The notes under the pieces: generated by a model
What the model was told of the DNA's origin: nothing
Databases searched by the model: none
Seen by the model: only the letters and a program-made list of their open reading frames with translations
Program-made: the position numbers and the translations under genes
Source: Deltaproteobacteria bacterium
Lineage (GTDB): Bacteria > Desulfobacterota > Syntrophobacteria > Syntrophobacterales > Syntrophobacteraceae
DNA length: 64,000 bases
Direction: 5' to 3'
NCBI GenBank assembly: GCA_021793275.1
Contig: JAJYTC010000001.1
Coordinates: forward strand, 26,045-90,044
Shown here: piece by piece, positions 49,619-59,609 of the stretch
Layout of the letters: each line of letters begins with the position of its first letter
Position numbering within the stretch: the first letter of the stretch is position 1

Positions 49619-51271
49619 ATGGAACGAGTGGTTATAGACCCGATCACCAGGATCGAGGGGCACCTCAAAATCGAGGTGGAAGTAAACGACAGAAGGGTGA
49701 CCAACGCGTGGAGCAGCGGGACCCTTTTCCGGGGCATAGAGCTGATTCTCCAGGGCAGGGACCCGCGGGACGCCAACCTCATCACGCAACGCGCCTGCGG
49801 TGTTTGCACCTACGTTCACAGCCTGGCCTCCATCCGTGCGGTCGACAACGCCCTCGGGTCGCAACTGGCCGATAACGGGCGCATCATCCGCACACTTCTC
49901 CTCGGCTCCCAGTATCTCCATGATCATATTGTCCATTTCTATCACCTCCAGGCGCTCGACTGGGTGGACATAGTGAGCGCGTTGAAAGCCGATCCGAGAA
50001 GGACCGAAGCCCTTGCCGCAAGAATCTCCCGCAACGCCCACGGAGACGACGTAAACGATTTTTTCGAGGTGCAAAACCGCCTCAAAAAATTTGTCGAAAG
50101 CGGTCAACTCGGACCTTTCGCCAATGGCTATTGGGGCCACCCCGCTTACAGGCTTCCACCGGAAGCCAACCTGTTGATCGTTACCCACTACCTTGCAGCC
50201 CTGAGGCAACAAACCCGTACAGCAAGGCTGATGGCCATATTCGGAGGCAAAAATCCCCATACCCAGAGCATGACTCCGGGCGGGGTAACCTGCGCGACGG
50301 AACTTTCCTCCGAGAGGATCGGCGAATTCAAGTACATCTGGGAACAGACCATGGACTTCGTCGATAATGTCTATCTTCCGGACATGATCGCCATCGCCAG
50401 CTTTTACAAGGATTGGGGCCGGATCGGCGGGACCGGTAACTTTCTGACCTACGGCGACTTCCCGATGGGGCCAAAGGAACCCGATGACTTTTTGCTGCCC
50501 GGCGGTGTCATCTTTAACCGCAATCTGGACAAGATCGAACCGGTCGATGTCACACTAATCACCGAGCAGATCAAACACAGCTGGTATGAAGGCAAGCCCG
50601 AGGGACTAAACCCGGCCCGGGGCGAAACAAAACCTGATTTCACCAAGTACGATACCAAGGGGCAATATAGCTGGATAAAAGCGCCGCGCTACAAGAACGA
50701 GCCCATGGAAGTCGGACCGCTCGCCCGCGTTCTGGTTGCCTACGGCAAGAAAGTTCCGGCGGTGGAGGAAAACGTCGATATGGTCCTGGAGAAGCTTGCC
50801 GTGCCCAAAGCCGCGCTATTCTCCACCCTGGGCAGGACTGCGGCCAGGGCGATCGAGACCAAGGTCGTGGGAGACGCGATGGGGAAACTGATTGTCCAAT
50901 TGGTCGAAAACATCAAAAAAGGCGACCTCAACATCTGCGATCCGAGGCCGTGGGACTCGATGCCCGCAGACGGCGCAGGCGTCGGCTTGAACGACGTGCC
51001 CCGCGGCGCGCTCGGCCATTGGATCACAGTCAAGGACAGGAAGATCGTCAACTATCAGATGGTCGTTCCCTCTACGTGGAACCTCGGCCCGCGAGACGCT
51101 GCCGATAAGATGGGACCAGTGGAGGAGGCGCTGGTAGGCGCCCCGGTTTTCGACACCCGAAGACCTGTAGAAATCCTTCGAATTGTTCACTCCTTCGATC
51201 CCTGCCTCGCATGCGCTGTGCACCTGATCGACGCAGAGAACGAGGAAGTCTACAAGTTTGACGTTGTCTAA
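49619..51271 (+). CDS. [NiFe] hydrogenase large subunit
   Basis: Contains 'RIEGHL', 'RACGVCTYVH' and the C-terminal 'DPCLACAVH' followed by a 15-aa cleavable tail. Both distal Cys residues are TGC, so this is not a NiFeSe enzyme. Confidence 0.95.
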   Translation: MERVVIDPITRIEGHLKIEVEVNDRRVTNAWSSGTLFRGIELILQGRDPRDANLITQRACGVCTYVHSLASIRAVDNALGSQLADNGRIIRTLLLGSQYLHDHIVHFYHLQALDWVDIVSALKADPRRTEALAARISRNAHGDDVNDFFEVQNRLKKFVESGQLGPFANGYWGHPAYRLPPEANLLIVTHYLAALRQQTRTARLMAIFGGKNPHTQSMTPGGVTCATELSSERIGEFKYIWEQTMDFVDNVYLPDMIAIASFYKDWGRIGGTGNFLTYGDFPMGPKEPDDFLLPGGVIFNRNLDKIEPVDVTLITEQIKHSWYEGKPEGLNPARGETKPDFTKYDTKGQYSWIKAPRYKNEPMEVGPLARVLVAYGKKVPAVEENVDMVLEKLAVPKAALFSTLGRTAARAIETKVVGDAMGKLIVQLVENIKKGDLNICDPRPWDSMPADGAGVGLNDVPRGALGHWITVKDRKIVNYQMVVPSTWNLGPRDAADKMGPVEEALVGAPVFDTRRPVEILRIVHSFDPCLACAVHLIDAENEEVYKFDVV

Positions 51272-51394
51272 AACCCGCTTTTTGAGTATCTAATAAGGGA
51301 TTTGGCAAGTGCTTGCTCCACTGGCGGCTAAGTGGCCGCGCGCGGGCCGGTTCCCCCTTTTTTTGTTGCCTGATGCATACGAGGCACTCTCTAA

Positions 51395-51910
51395 ATGTCT
51401 GAAAAGCATATACTGGTGCTCGGGGTCGGCAATCTGCTGCTGGGCGACGAAGGCACGGGGGTTCGCGTAATCGAGAAACTGGAGGACGAATACGTTTTTT
51501 CGAAAAACGTGGAACTCTACGACGGAGGGACACTGGGGCTTCGACTGATAGAACCGATCAGCCGGGCAGGCTTTGCCATAGTGGTCGATATCGTGCGCGC
51601 AGGCGGCGCACCCGGCACCATATACCGCATCGAGGAAAAGGATTTTTTCAAAAAGATCCCTTACAAGTCCTCGCTCCACGAGTTAAATATCGTGGAGACC
51701 CTTATCTACGCCGAGGAGCTTGGCAACAAGCCCGAAACGGTCGTGATCGGAATCGAGCCGCAAGACTGGACGACGTGCAGCACCGAATTGAGCGGCCCGG
51801 TGCGAAGCCGCATGGAGGATATAGTTTCTGCTGTCTTAAAAGAGATTGAAACAGCGGGAGGCTCCTGGAAGAAGGCCGAACAGCCGGCTCAATCCGCCAG
51901 GGTATTGTAA
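51395..51910 (+). CDS. hydrogenase maturation endopeptidase (HyaD/HybD/HynC family)
   Basis: 'ILVLGVGNLLLGDEGTGV' and 'HELN'. Confidence 0.9.
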   Translation: MSEKHILVLGVGNLLLGDEGTGVRVIEKLEDEYVFSKNVELYDGGTLGLRLIEPISRAGFAIVVDIVRAGGAPGTIYRIEEKDFFKKIPYKSSLHELNIVETLIYAEELGNKPETVVIGIEPQDWTTCSTELSGPVRSRMEDIVSAVLKEIETAGGSWKKAEQPAQSARVL

Positions 51911-51911
51911 A

Positions 51912-52005
51912 TCCACCGCGGAGTCGCAGAGACCGCGGTGGCGGAGAATGCATATCTATATAGATTGGGTAGTTCCTCTGCGCTCTTTGCGACTCTGCGG
52001 TGAAC
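51912..52005. repeat. palindromic element of about 94 nt (two 30-nt arms plus a central ATCTATATAGAT)
   Basis: The left arm TCCACCGCGGAGTCGCAGAGACCGC matches the reverse complement of the right arm, TTCACCGCAGAGTCGCAAAGAGCGC, at about 21 of 24 positions. The left arm also self-pairs (CCACCGCGG/CCGCGGTGG). Confidence 0.55.
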
Positions 52006-52037
52006 GGTTTTTCCTGTCTTTGGAGAAAGGAAGCGCA

Positions 52038-52274
52038 ATGTGTCTGGCCATTCCCGGTGAGGTGGTGCAGATCGATGAAGGCGTTGCAACCGTGCGGATT
52101 GGAGACTCGCTCAGAAAGGCCTCTCTTTTGCTCCTGTCCGAAGAGCCCGGTCTCGGCGATTATGTCATAGTGCATGCGGGATTTGCGCTTCATGTGGTCG
52201 ACCCCGCTGAGGCCGCCGAATCCCTTCGTCTTCTGCGCGAGATGGCAGCATTCGCCGATGAAGAACCTTCATGA
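52038..52274 (+). CDS. hypC: hydrogenase assembly chaperone HypC/HupF
   Basis: 'MCLAIPGEVVQI'. Confidence 0.9.
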   Translation: MCLAIPGEVVQIDEGVATVRIGDSLRKASLLLLSEEPGLGDYVIVHAGFALHVVDPAEAAESLRLLREMAAFADEEPS

Positions 52275-52289
52275 AGGCCGAATGGATCT

Positions 52290-52736
52290 ATGAAGAAAAG
52301 CTTTGAACGCTACAAGCCCGCCGTGCACCGGCACTGGCTTGTTTTCGCCGCGGGGGTCGAATGGTGCGCCGTGGGTATCGGACTGATTGCGGTGGCATGC
52401 TACTGGCTCTACCCTTCAACGTGGCCCTTGAGGATCGCTATTGCAGCACTGGGCGTCGCCCTGGGCGTGGGGATGTATCTTCTTGCTTTTTGCCGCCTCG
52501 TCAGGAAGAACCTCAAAAGGATCGAACGCAAACCGGAGGTGGTTTGCCTTTTCGCCTTCCAGGGCAAACGGGTCTATTTTCTCATCCCTGTTATGATGGC
52601 AATGGGTTATGCGATCAGGCATTCCTCCCTTCCCAAAGAGATTGCCGCAGCGGTCTATTTTACCATGGGAATGGCGCTGATCCTTGGAAGTTCCTCGTAT
52701 TTTCGGCGATTTTCAACCGAGAGCGCCGCTGAATAG
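52290..52736 (+). CDS. hypothetical membrane protein (about 4 TM)
   Basis: Hydrophobic segments and tight spacing after hypC. I recognise no family. Confidence 0.5.
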   Translation: MKKSFERYKPAVHRHWLVFAAGVEWCAVGIGLIAVACYWLYPSTWPLRIAIAALGVALGVGMYLLAFCRLVRKNLKRIERKPEVVCLFAFQGKRVYFLIPVMMAMGYAIRHSSLPKEIAAAVYFTMGMALILGSSSYFRRFSTESAAE

Positions 52737-52739
52737 TTG

Positions 52740-52815
52740 GAAGTGAAGAGTGAACAGTGAACAGTTATGAGAAAAGGCTTTCCTCCAGTCACTGTTCACC
52801 GCTCACTGTTCACTG
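52740..52815. repeat. inverted heptamer arrays (AGTGAAC)n
   Basis: The left arm at 52740-52766 reads AGTGAAG AGTGAAC AGTGAAC. The right arm at 52787-52815 is the reverse complement of AGTGAAC AGTGAGC GGTGAAC AGTGACT. Confidence 0.6.
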
Positions 52816-52841
52816 GTTTTCTGAGAGAAGGAGGATGGGGT

Positions 52842-53711
52842 TTGGCCGTATCGGATCGTAAGCTCTACAACATAAAACTGCGCGACCGGGTGATCGAACT
52901 GGGCCGGCGCACGCTCATCATGGGTATTCTCAACATAACTCCGGATTCCTTTTCGGATGGAGGCCGCTTCGACGACTACGACCGGGCGCTCGCCCGGGGC
53001 TTCGAGCTGATTTCCGCCGGCTCGGACATCCTCGACATAGGAGGCGAATCGACAAGACCCGGGTCGGCCCCGACACCTGTCGAGGTGGAACTCGAACGGG
53101 TGCTCCCGATTATCCGGGAGGTGCGCAAAAACAGCGACATCCCGATCTCGATCGACACCGAGAAGGCCGAAGTGGCCATCAAAGCTCTTGAGGCCGGCGC
53201 CGACATAATCAACGATGTAAGCTCTCTGCGGTTTGATCCCGACATGGCGCGAGTAGCGGCTCAATCGGGGGCGCCACTCATCCTGATGCACATGCTGGGC
53301 ATTCCGAAAACGATGCAGGTAGATCCCGTCTACGAAAGCGTTATATCCGAGATAATTGCATTTCTGGAAGAACGGATGAAATACGCCGTCGAAAACGGCG
53401 TGGACCGCAACCAGATAATAGTCGATCCCGGCATAGGTTTCGGCAAAACCGTCACGCACAATCTGAAAATAATAAGAGATCTCGACTCTTTTTCGTGCAT
53501 GGACCGCCCGATATTGCTGGGCGCTTCGCGCAAAAGGTTCCTTGGCGCGATCCTTGGCCGTCCGGAAATGGAAAGGGAGTTGGGGACCGCGGTGGTTGAC
53601 GCCTTTGGTATTGCCGGCGGCGCCCATATAGTTAGAGTTCATGATGTTGCTTTCCATCGAGAAGCGGTTCGAGTTGCGGAAGCTATTCGAGACGGGTGCT
53701 TTGCCGCCTGA
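52842..53711 (+). CDS. folP: dihydropteroate synthase (start uncertain: TTG 52842 with a GAAGGAGGA RBS, or ATG 52767 inside the repeat loop)
   Basis: '[15 protein letters not shown]' and '[10 protein letters not shown]'. Confidence 0.9.
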   Translation: MAVSDRKLYNIKLRDRVIELGRRTLIMGILNITPDSFSDGGRFDDYDRALARGFELISAGSDILDIGGESTRPGSAPTPVEVELERVLPIIREVRKNSDIPISIDTEKAEVAIKALEAGADIINDVSSLRFDPDMARVAAQSGAPLILMHMLGIPKTMQVDPVYESVISEIIAFLEERMKYAVENGVDRNQIIVDPGIGFGKTVTHNLKIIRDLDSFSCMDRPILLGASRKRFLGAILGRPEMERELGTAVVDAFGIAGGAHIVRVHDVAFHREAVRVAEAIRDGCFAA

Positions 53712-53773
53712 ACGGCCGCGAAAGCAGCGCCGTTTTCTGTGAAGTGCTCTTCTTCTTTTGCTATGGAGACCAT

Positions 53774-55135
53774 ATGGGAAAGCTTTTCGGTACCGACGGA
53801 ATTCGAGGTGTTGCAAATATTTTCCCCATGACGACCGACCTGGCGATGAAAGTCGGGTCCAGTACCGCCTACATTTTCAAAAGCAAACACCGGCGGCCCA
53901 AGATCATCATCGGAAAGGACACTCGCATTTCCGGCTACATGATCGAAAACGCCATCACTTCGGGAATCTGCTCGATGGGGGTCGACGTGCTCCTGGTCGG
54001 TCCTTTGCCTACGCCCGGCATAGCCTATATCACAAGCAGCATGCGCGCCGATGCCGGCATAGTCATTTCAGCCTCCCATAATCCCTACGAGTATAACGGC
54101 ATCAAGATATTCGGCAACGACGGCTTCAAACTTCCCGATGAAACCGAAAATTACATCGAGGAACTCGTTCTAAGCGGTGATATAGATAAAGTGCCCAAGC
54201 CTCCGGCCTCCGGGATAGGCAAGGCGCGGCGCATCGACGACGCCCAGGGCCGCTATATCGTATATCTGAAAAACACCTTCCCCCGGGACCTTACCCTCGA
54301 AGGGCTGAAAATAGTTATAGACTGCGCGAACGGCGCCGCGTACAGGGTCGCCCCTTCGGTTTTCGAAGAACTGGGCGCCGAGGTCGTGCTAACAGGCGAC
54401 CGGCCAAACGGCAAGAACATAAACAGGGATTGCGGCGCCCTTTTCCCCGGGAATATGGCTGCGGTTGTTCGCGACAGCGGCGCCAACGCCGGTTTTGCCC
54501 TTGACGGTGACGCAGACAGGGTGATTCTGGCCGATGAAAAAGGCGAGATACTCGACGGCGACCAGATTATGGCTATCTGCGCCAAGCATTTCATTGAACG
54601 CGGCAGGCTCAAAGATAACACCGTCGTTGCGACGATTATGAGCAACCTCGGATTCGAAGTGGCGTTGCGCGCCCTGGGCGGGAGTCTGATCAGGACCCCG
54701 GTCGGCGACAGGTACGTAGTCGAACAGATGCGCAAAAACAAGTATAATCTCGGAGGCGAACAATCCGGCCACATGATCTTCCTCGATCACGGCACCACGG
54801 GCGACGGCATTCTTTCGGCGCTCCAGGTCTTTGCCGTTATGCTCCGTGAAGGCCGGCCGCTCTCCGAACTCAAAAAGATCATGGAACATTACCCTCAAAA
54901 GCTTGTAAACGTTTCCGTGTGCACGAAAAAGCCAATCGAGCAGGTACCGGAAATAACCAGGCTCCAACGGGCCATGGAAGAGCGTCTGGGGACCGAAGGA
55001 CGGCTCGTGATACGGCCCTCGGGGACCGAACCGGTCATCCGCGTCATGGTCGAAGGCGCCGATTGTAAAGTCATTGAGGAGGTCGCATCCTCGATGGTCT
55101 CATGCATCCGGCAGCACATGAACGGCGAACAGTAA
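53774..55135 (+). CDS. glmM: phosphoglucosamine mutase
   Basis: '[15 protein letters not shown]', '[13 protein letters not shown]' and 'GDGDADR'. Confidence 0.95.
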   Translation: MGKLFGTDGIRGVANIFPMTTDLAMKVGSSTAYIFKSKHRRPKIIIGKDTRISGYMIENAITSGICSMGVDVLLVGPLPTPGIAYITSSMRADAGIVISASHNPYEYNGIKIFGNDGFKLPDETENYIEELVLSGDIDKVPKPPASGIGKARRIDDAQGRYIVYLKNTFPRDLTLEGLKIVIDCANGAAYRVAPSVFEELGAEVVLTGDRPNGKNINRDCGALFPGNMAAVVRDSGANAGFALDGDADRVILADEKGEILDGDQIMAICAKHFIERGRLKDNTVVATIMSNLGFEVALRALGGSLIRTPVGDRYVVEQMRKNKYNLGGEQSGHMIFLDHGTTGDGILSALQVFAVMLREGRPLSELKKIMEHYPQKLVNVSVCTKKPIEQVPEITRLQRAMEERLGTEGRLVIRPSGTEPVIRVMVEGADCKVIEEVASSMVSCIRQHMNGEQ

Positions 55136-55148
55136 ACAGGAACCTTCT

Positions 55149-55931
55149 ATGCTTCTCACTTTAGACATCGGCAACACCAACACCGTACTTGGTTTGTTCG
55201 AAGACGACGTCCTGGTGCACGACTGGCGTATTCGAACCGAAGTCAACATGACCATCGACGAATACGCGATAACCCTTCGCAGTCTGTTTGCAGTGCATGG
55301 AATAGACCTGGACAGGGTAACCGACGTGATCATATCGTGCGTAGTGCCGCCTGTGTTGAACGCCGCCGAGCGCTTTTGCCGAAGATATTTCGGGACCGAG
55401 GCGCTGGTGGTGGGCCCGGGAATCAAGACCGGCATGCCCATCCTCTACGATAACCCCAGGGAAGTGGGAGCGGACAGGATTGTAAACGCCGTTGCGGCCT
55501 TTGAGATGCACAAGGACGCGGTGATTGTCGTCGATTTCGGCACGGCTACGACCTTCGATTTCATTTCCGAGCGCGGTGAATACATGGGAGGGGTTATCAG
55601 CCCGGGCATCATGATTTCATGCGAAGCTCTTTTCCAGAAGGCTTCCAAGCTGCCACGGGTCGAGATATTCGCGCGTCCGCCCTCCATAGTGGCCAAGAAT
55701 ACTATTGCGTCGATGAATGCCGGGATAGTTTTCGGCTATGCGGGCCTGGTCGAAGGGATCATCTCGAGGATAAAAAAAGAGGTGGGCCGTCCCATGTATG
55801 TGATTGCAACCGGCGGACTGGCTGCGCTTATCGCCAGCGAGTGCCCGGTGATCGATGAAGTGGACGATTATCTCACCCTCAACGGACTGAGAATAATTTT
55901 CGACCGGAACAAGATCCGGCGTGGCCCCTGA
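55149..55931 (+). CDS. coaX: type III pantothenate kinase
   Basis: 'LLTLDIGNTNTVLG' and 'VVDFGTATTFD'. Confidence 0.9.
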   Translation: MLLTLDIGNTNTVLGLFEDDVLVHDWRIRTEVNMTIDEYAITLRSLFAVHGIDLDRVTDVIISCVVPPVLNAAERFCRRYFGTEALVVGPGIKTGMPILYDNPREVGADRIVNAVAAFEMHKDAVIVVDFGTATTFDFISERGEYMGGVISPGIMISCEALFQKASKLPRVEIFARPPSIVAKNTIASMNAGIVFGYAGLVEGIISRIKKEVGRPMYVIATGGLAALIASECPVIDEVDDYLTLNGLRIIFDRNKIRRGP

Positions 55932-56836
55932 TGAACTGTAAAGCAGGATTCCGAAGCCTTGGTCCGGGGAGCGCGGTCGCTTTGGTGGCGCCGGCGGGCC
56001 CTTTTGAAGCGGAGAGCTACGAAAAGGGCGCGAGCGTGCTCCGCTCGGCCGGATACGCGGTGGTCCCGGGCAGGAATGCATTCAAAAAGCAGGGCTACCT
56101 GGCAGGAACGGATCGCGACCGGATCGAGGACCTTACCGAAGCAGTCCTGGACCCGGCAATCGAAGCTATTATATGCATTCGGGGCGGCTACGGCAGCGGG
56201 CGGCTGCTTCCCCGAATTCCGTTCCAAAGCTTCCGCGGCAATCCCAAACCGTTCATCGGGTTCAGCGACATCACTTTTCTCCATCTTGGCCTGGCGAGCA
56301 TGGCGGGCTGGACCACCTTCCACGGTCCGAACCTTGTCGGCATGAACGCTGTGGCGCAGAGGGCGGAAAGCGTCCTCGATGTCCTTTCCGGAAAAGCTTC
56401 GTTCCATTGGACGTTTGGTCCCGAACAGGTCCTCAGGCCGGGCAGGGTCGAAGGCCCCGTGCTCGGGGGAAACCTCAGTTGCCTTACACGCCTGATCGGG
56501 ACGGTCTATATGCCCGATTTGGCAGGGGCACTTCTGCTTATCGAAGACTGCAGCGAAGCGCTCTATCGGCTCGACCGGATGATGAACCATCTAGAGCTCG
56601 CCTCGGTGCTGCCCACCCTGGGCGCAATCCTGCTCGGAGATTTCGATCGATGCGCCCGGGAAAGCGACATATGCGCCATGATCATGGATCACGTAAGCGA
56701 CTATGACTTTCCGGTGGTTCGCGGTCTTCCTTTCGGCCACGGCGAAAGAAATGACGTCATCCCGCTTGGCCCGCCCTTTTTACTGGATACGAATGAACGT
56801 GTGCTCGCCATACTCGAAACCCCTTTTGTCCGCTGA
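55931..56836 (+). CDS. ldcA: LD-carboxypeptidase (peptidase S66)
   Basis: 'IICIRGGYGS' and 'GFSDITFLH'. Its start overlaps the coaX stop in a TGATG. Confidence 0.8.
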   Translation: MNCKAGFRSLGPGSAVALVAPAGPFEAESYEKGASVLRSAGYAVVPGRNAFKKQGYLAGTDRDRIEDLTEAVLDPAIEAIICIRGGYGSGRLLPRIPFQSFRGNPKPFIGFSDITFLHLGLASMAGWTTFHGPNLVGMNAVAQRAESVLDVLSGKASFHWTFGPEQVLRPGRVEGPVLGGNLSCLTRLIGTVYMPDLAGALLLIEDCSEALYRLDRMMNHLELASVLPTLGAILLGDFDRCARESDICAMIMDHVSDYDFPVVRGLPFGHGERNDVIPLGPPFLLDTNERVLAILETPFVR

Positions 56837-58022
56837 TTCGCGGTCCCGCCTCGATGAAGAATTTGAGGCGGCCGTTTCAAGGGGTGTTTTTTCAGGGGCA
56901 TCCCTGCTTGTCTCGAGCCATCGAAAGGTCGTATTCGAACGTATGTGGGGAAGGGTGGAAACGACGGGCGCTCCGCTCACCCCGGCTGTTCGCTTCGATC
57001 TCGCTTCGTTGACAAAGCCCCTGGTAACGGCCCCGCTCTGCATGACGGCGGTGCAAGGCGGCTCTATCGATCTCGACGATCCCATCTCGAGGTTTTTTCC
57101 GGGCCGCGTCCCCGAAGACAAAACAGCGATCACCGTAAGAAGCCTGCTTTCCCACTCCTCGGGCCTTCCACCGTATGCGCCTTTCTACCTGGAGCTGATT
57201 AAACTGCCTTCCGGCGCAAGGAAAGAAGCGCTCGCTTCGATGATCCTGCAAACTCCCCTCGATAATCCTCCGGGAAAAGCCGCCAATTACAGCGACCTTG
57301 GCTTTATGCTGCTGGGGCTGATCCTCGAGCGGCAACTGGCTGGAAGGCTCGATCGGCTCGCCGGGAACCTTTTGTTCACTCCCCTTGGTATCGATGAACT
57401 CCATTTTTGCCTGTTGAACGGTGGCGAGGATTCAGACACCGTGCCTCCCTCCTCGCCTGCGGCGACCTTGCAAGCAGGCAACCCGGCCGGCGCCCCGGGC
57501 GCCTATGCCGCCACCCAGTTTTGCCCGTGGAGAAAGAAGCTGCTCTCGGGCGAAGTGGACGATGAAAACGCCTGGGCGCTCGATGGGGTAGCCGGCCATG
57601 CCGGTCTTTTCGGAACGGCCAGGGGGGTCTTCGAACTCCTGTCCTTCCTGTGGGACCTCTACGAAGGGGAGTGCCGGCCGCCATCTCCCGCCTCCGTTCC
57701 GCCGCTTCCGCTCATAGGCGCCGAGATCGTCCGGATGTTCTGGACACGCGCCGAACTCGGCGCGGAGGCTCCGAGCACCTGGTGTCTGGGCTTCGATACT
57801 CCAAGCCCTGAGGGTTACTCGAGCGCCGGGCGGTTTGTTTCCAAAAAGGCTGTCGGCCACCTGGGATTTACCGGCGTCTCTTTTTGGCTGGACCTGGAAA
57901 ACCACGTCCTGATAATTCTTCTTACCAATCGCGTCCATCCGACGCGCAAAAATGACGAAATCCGGCATTTCAGGCCGCTCTTGCACGATATCGTCATGAA
58001 AGCACTCTTATATGGAAACTGA
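56793..58022 (+). CDS. serine hydrolase, beta-lactamase/AmpH-like family (start uncertain)
   Basis: The SxxK motif 'LASLTKPL', plus 'YSDLGF' and 'GHLGFTG'. Confidence 0.8.
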   Translation: MNVCSPYSKPLLSADSRSRLDEEFEAAVSRGVFSGASLLVSSHRKVVFERMWGRVETTGAPLTPAVRFDLASLTKPLVTAPLCMTAVQGGSIDLDDPISRFFPGRVPEDKTAITVRSLLSHSSGLPPYAPFYLELIKLPSGARKEALASMILQTPLDNPPGKAANYSDLGFMLLGLILERQLAGRLDRLAGNLLFTPLGIDELHFCLLNGGEDSDTVPPSSPAATLQAGNPAGAPGAYAATQFCPWRKKLLSGEVDDENAWALDGVAGHAGLFGTARGVFELLSFLWDLYEGECRPPSPASVPPLPLIGAEIVRMFWTRAELGAEAPSTWCLGFDTPSPEGYSSAGRFVSKKAVGHLGFTGVSFWLDLENHVLIILLTNRVHPTRKNDEIRHFRPLLHDIVMKALLYGN

Positions 58023-59439
58023 CGGCATAAAGAAAATATATCTTGTGGGTATCGGGGGAATCGCCATGGGGACCCTGGCTACAATGCTAAAGGAGAGCGG
58101 TTTCGATGTGGCCGGGTCCGACCGAAACCTTTACCCCCCGATGAGTACGCATCTTCAAAACCTGGGTATTCCGCTCTTCGAAGGATTTTCGCCTGAAAAC
58201 CCTGAAAAGTTCGCCCCGGACCTTTTTGTCATGGGAAACGTCATACGGCGGGACAATCCGGAAGCGCAGTTCGTCATGGCGCAGGACAAGCCCTGTCTAT
58301 CGATGCCGCAGGCGATTTCCCGGTTCTTTCTGGACGGGCGAAAAAGCATTGTCGTAGCCGGGACCCATGGAAAAAGCACAACGTCGTCTCTACTGGCATG
58401 GGTCCTCGAACGGGGCGACAAAGACCCGCGCGCCTTCATCGGGGCTTTCCTCAAGGATTGGGGCCGCAGCTACCGGTTGGGATCGGGTGAATACATGGTG
58501 GTGGAAGGAGATGAATACGATACGGCCTTTTTCGACAAGGGTCCGAAATTTCTCCATTACCAGCCTCACATCGGGATAGTTGGAAGCATCGAATTCGATC
58601 ATGCCGATATCTTCGCCGACCTCGAAGCTATTTTGAAGGCGTTCCGCAATTTTGTCAGGCTGATCCCCGAGAGCGGATTTCTCATCCTCAATGGCGACGA
58701 CCCGAACTGCGTCCCCCTCGCTTCCGAATGCAAAGGACATGTGATCACCTACGGCAGCTCACGCCGCGCCGACTGGCGAATTTCAAACGTCCAATACCAT
58801 CCGGGCGAGGTATCCTTCCAACTGCGAAATCCTGTGACCATGAGGGAGGAGACTTTCCGATCGATACTGCCCGGCAGGCACAACGCCTGGAACGTCACGG
58901 CGGTTATCGCGGCTGCGACCCTTGCCGGAATGAGCTCGAAATCCATTCAGGAGGCTCTGCTGGCTTTTGGCGGAGTAAAAAGGCGCCAGGACGTGATAGG
59001 CGAATTCGGAGGTGTTCTCGTGATGGATGATTTCGCTCATCATCCGACCGCCGTCCATGAAACGCTTCTCGCGCTCAAACTCTTCCATCCCCTGCGGCGC
59101 CTGATCGCGGCTTTCGAGCCAAGGAGCAACTCCAGCAGGAGGAACGTTTTCCAGCAACTCTATTCCGGCGCATTTTCAGCAGCCGACATCGTGTGTATAA
59201 AGCAGCCGCCCGCGATGGACTCGATCCCGGGACAGGAAAGACTCGACGCCGTGCGCCTGGTCGAAGATATCCGCGAGCGTGGAAAAGATGCCCGCTTCTT
59301 CGAAACCGCGGACGCGCTGCTCGGGTTCCTGCTCCAGTGCGTCCGCTCCGGCGATCTCATTGTCTGCATGAGCAACGGGAGCTTCGACGGCCTTACGCAG
59401 AGACTGGCCGACACACTGCCGCAGCGGAGTGAACAGTGA
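58012..59439 (+). CDS. mpl: UDP-N-acetylmuramate:L-Ala-gamma-D-Glu-meso-DAP ligase
   Basis: 'IYLVGIGGIAMGTLATMLKESGFDVAGSDRNLYPPMSTHL' and 'GTHGKSTT'. Confidence 0.9.
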   Translation: METDGIKKIYLVGIGGIAMGTLATMLKESGFDVAGSDRNLYPPMSTHLQNLGIPLFEGFSPENPEKFAPDLFVMGNVIRRDNPEAQFVMAQDKPCLSMPQAISRFFLDGRKSIVVAGTHGKSTTSSLLAWVLERGDKDPRAFIGAFLKDWGRSYRLGSGEYMVVEGDEYDTAFFDKGPKFLHYQPHIGIVGSIEFDHADIFADLEAILKAFRNFVRLIPESGFLILNGDDPNCVPLASECKGHVITYGSSRRADWRISNVQYHPGEVSFQLRNPVTMREETFRSILPGRHNAWNVTAVIAAATLAGMSSKSIQEALLAFGGVKRRQDVIGEFGGVLVMDDFAHHPTAVHETLLALKLFHPLRRLIAAFEPRSNSSRRNVFQQLYSGAFSAADIVCIKQPPAMDSIPGQERLDAVRLVEDIRERGKDARFFETADALLGFLLQCVRSGDLIVCMSNGSFDGLTQRLADTLPQRSEQ

Positions 59440-59550
59440 AGATTGAAAACGCTTTCCGGGCGAAGGACAAAAGCGCCGGGAGCTGTGCCCCCAGCACCTC
59501 CACGGGATCCGGCACCATGATTTGAATTACCCCCTGTCGGGGCGTTGCCG

Positions 59551-59578
59551 TTGACTCCGGCATGGTCAATGATATACA
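59551..59578 (+). promoter_or_regulatory. candidate sigma70 promoter (TTGACT-16-TATACA) for the AbrB-type antitoxin gene
   Basis: Sequence match only, about 30 nt upstream of the ATG at 59610. Confidence 0.3.
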
Positions 59579-59609
59579 TTTTACGATGTCTATCTCGAGG
59601 GAATTTGCC

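Noticed and set aside
51181-51271. Possible [NiFeSe] hydrogenase (selenocysteine in the C-terminal motif).
   Set aside because: Both cysteines of 'DPCLACAVH' are encoded by TGC. There is no in-frame TGA.
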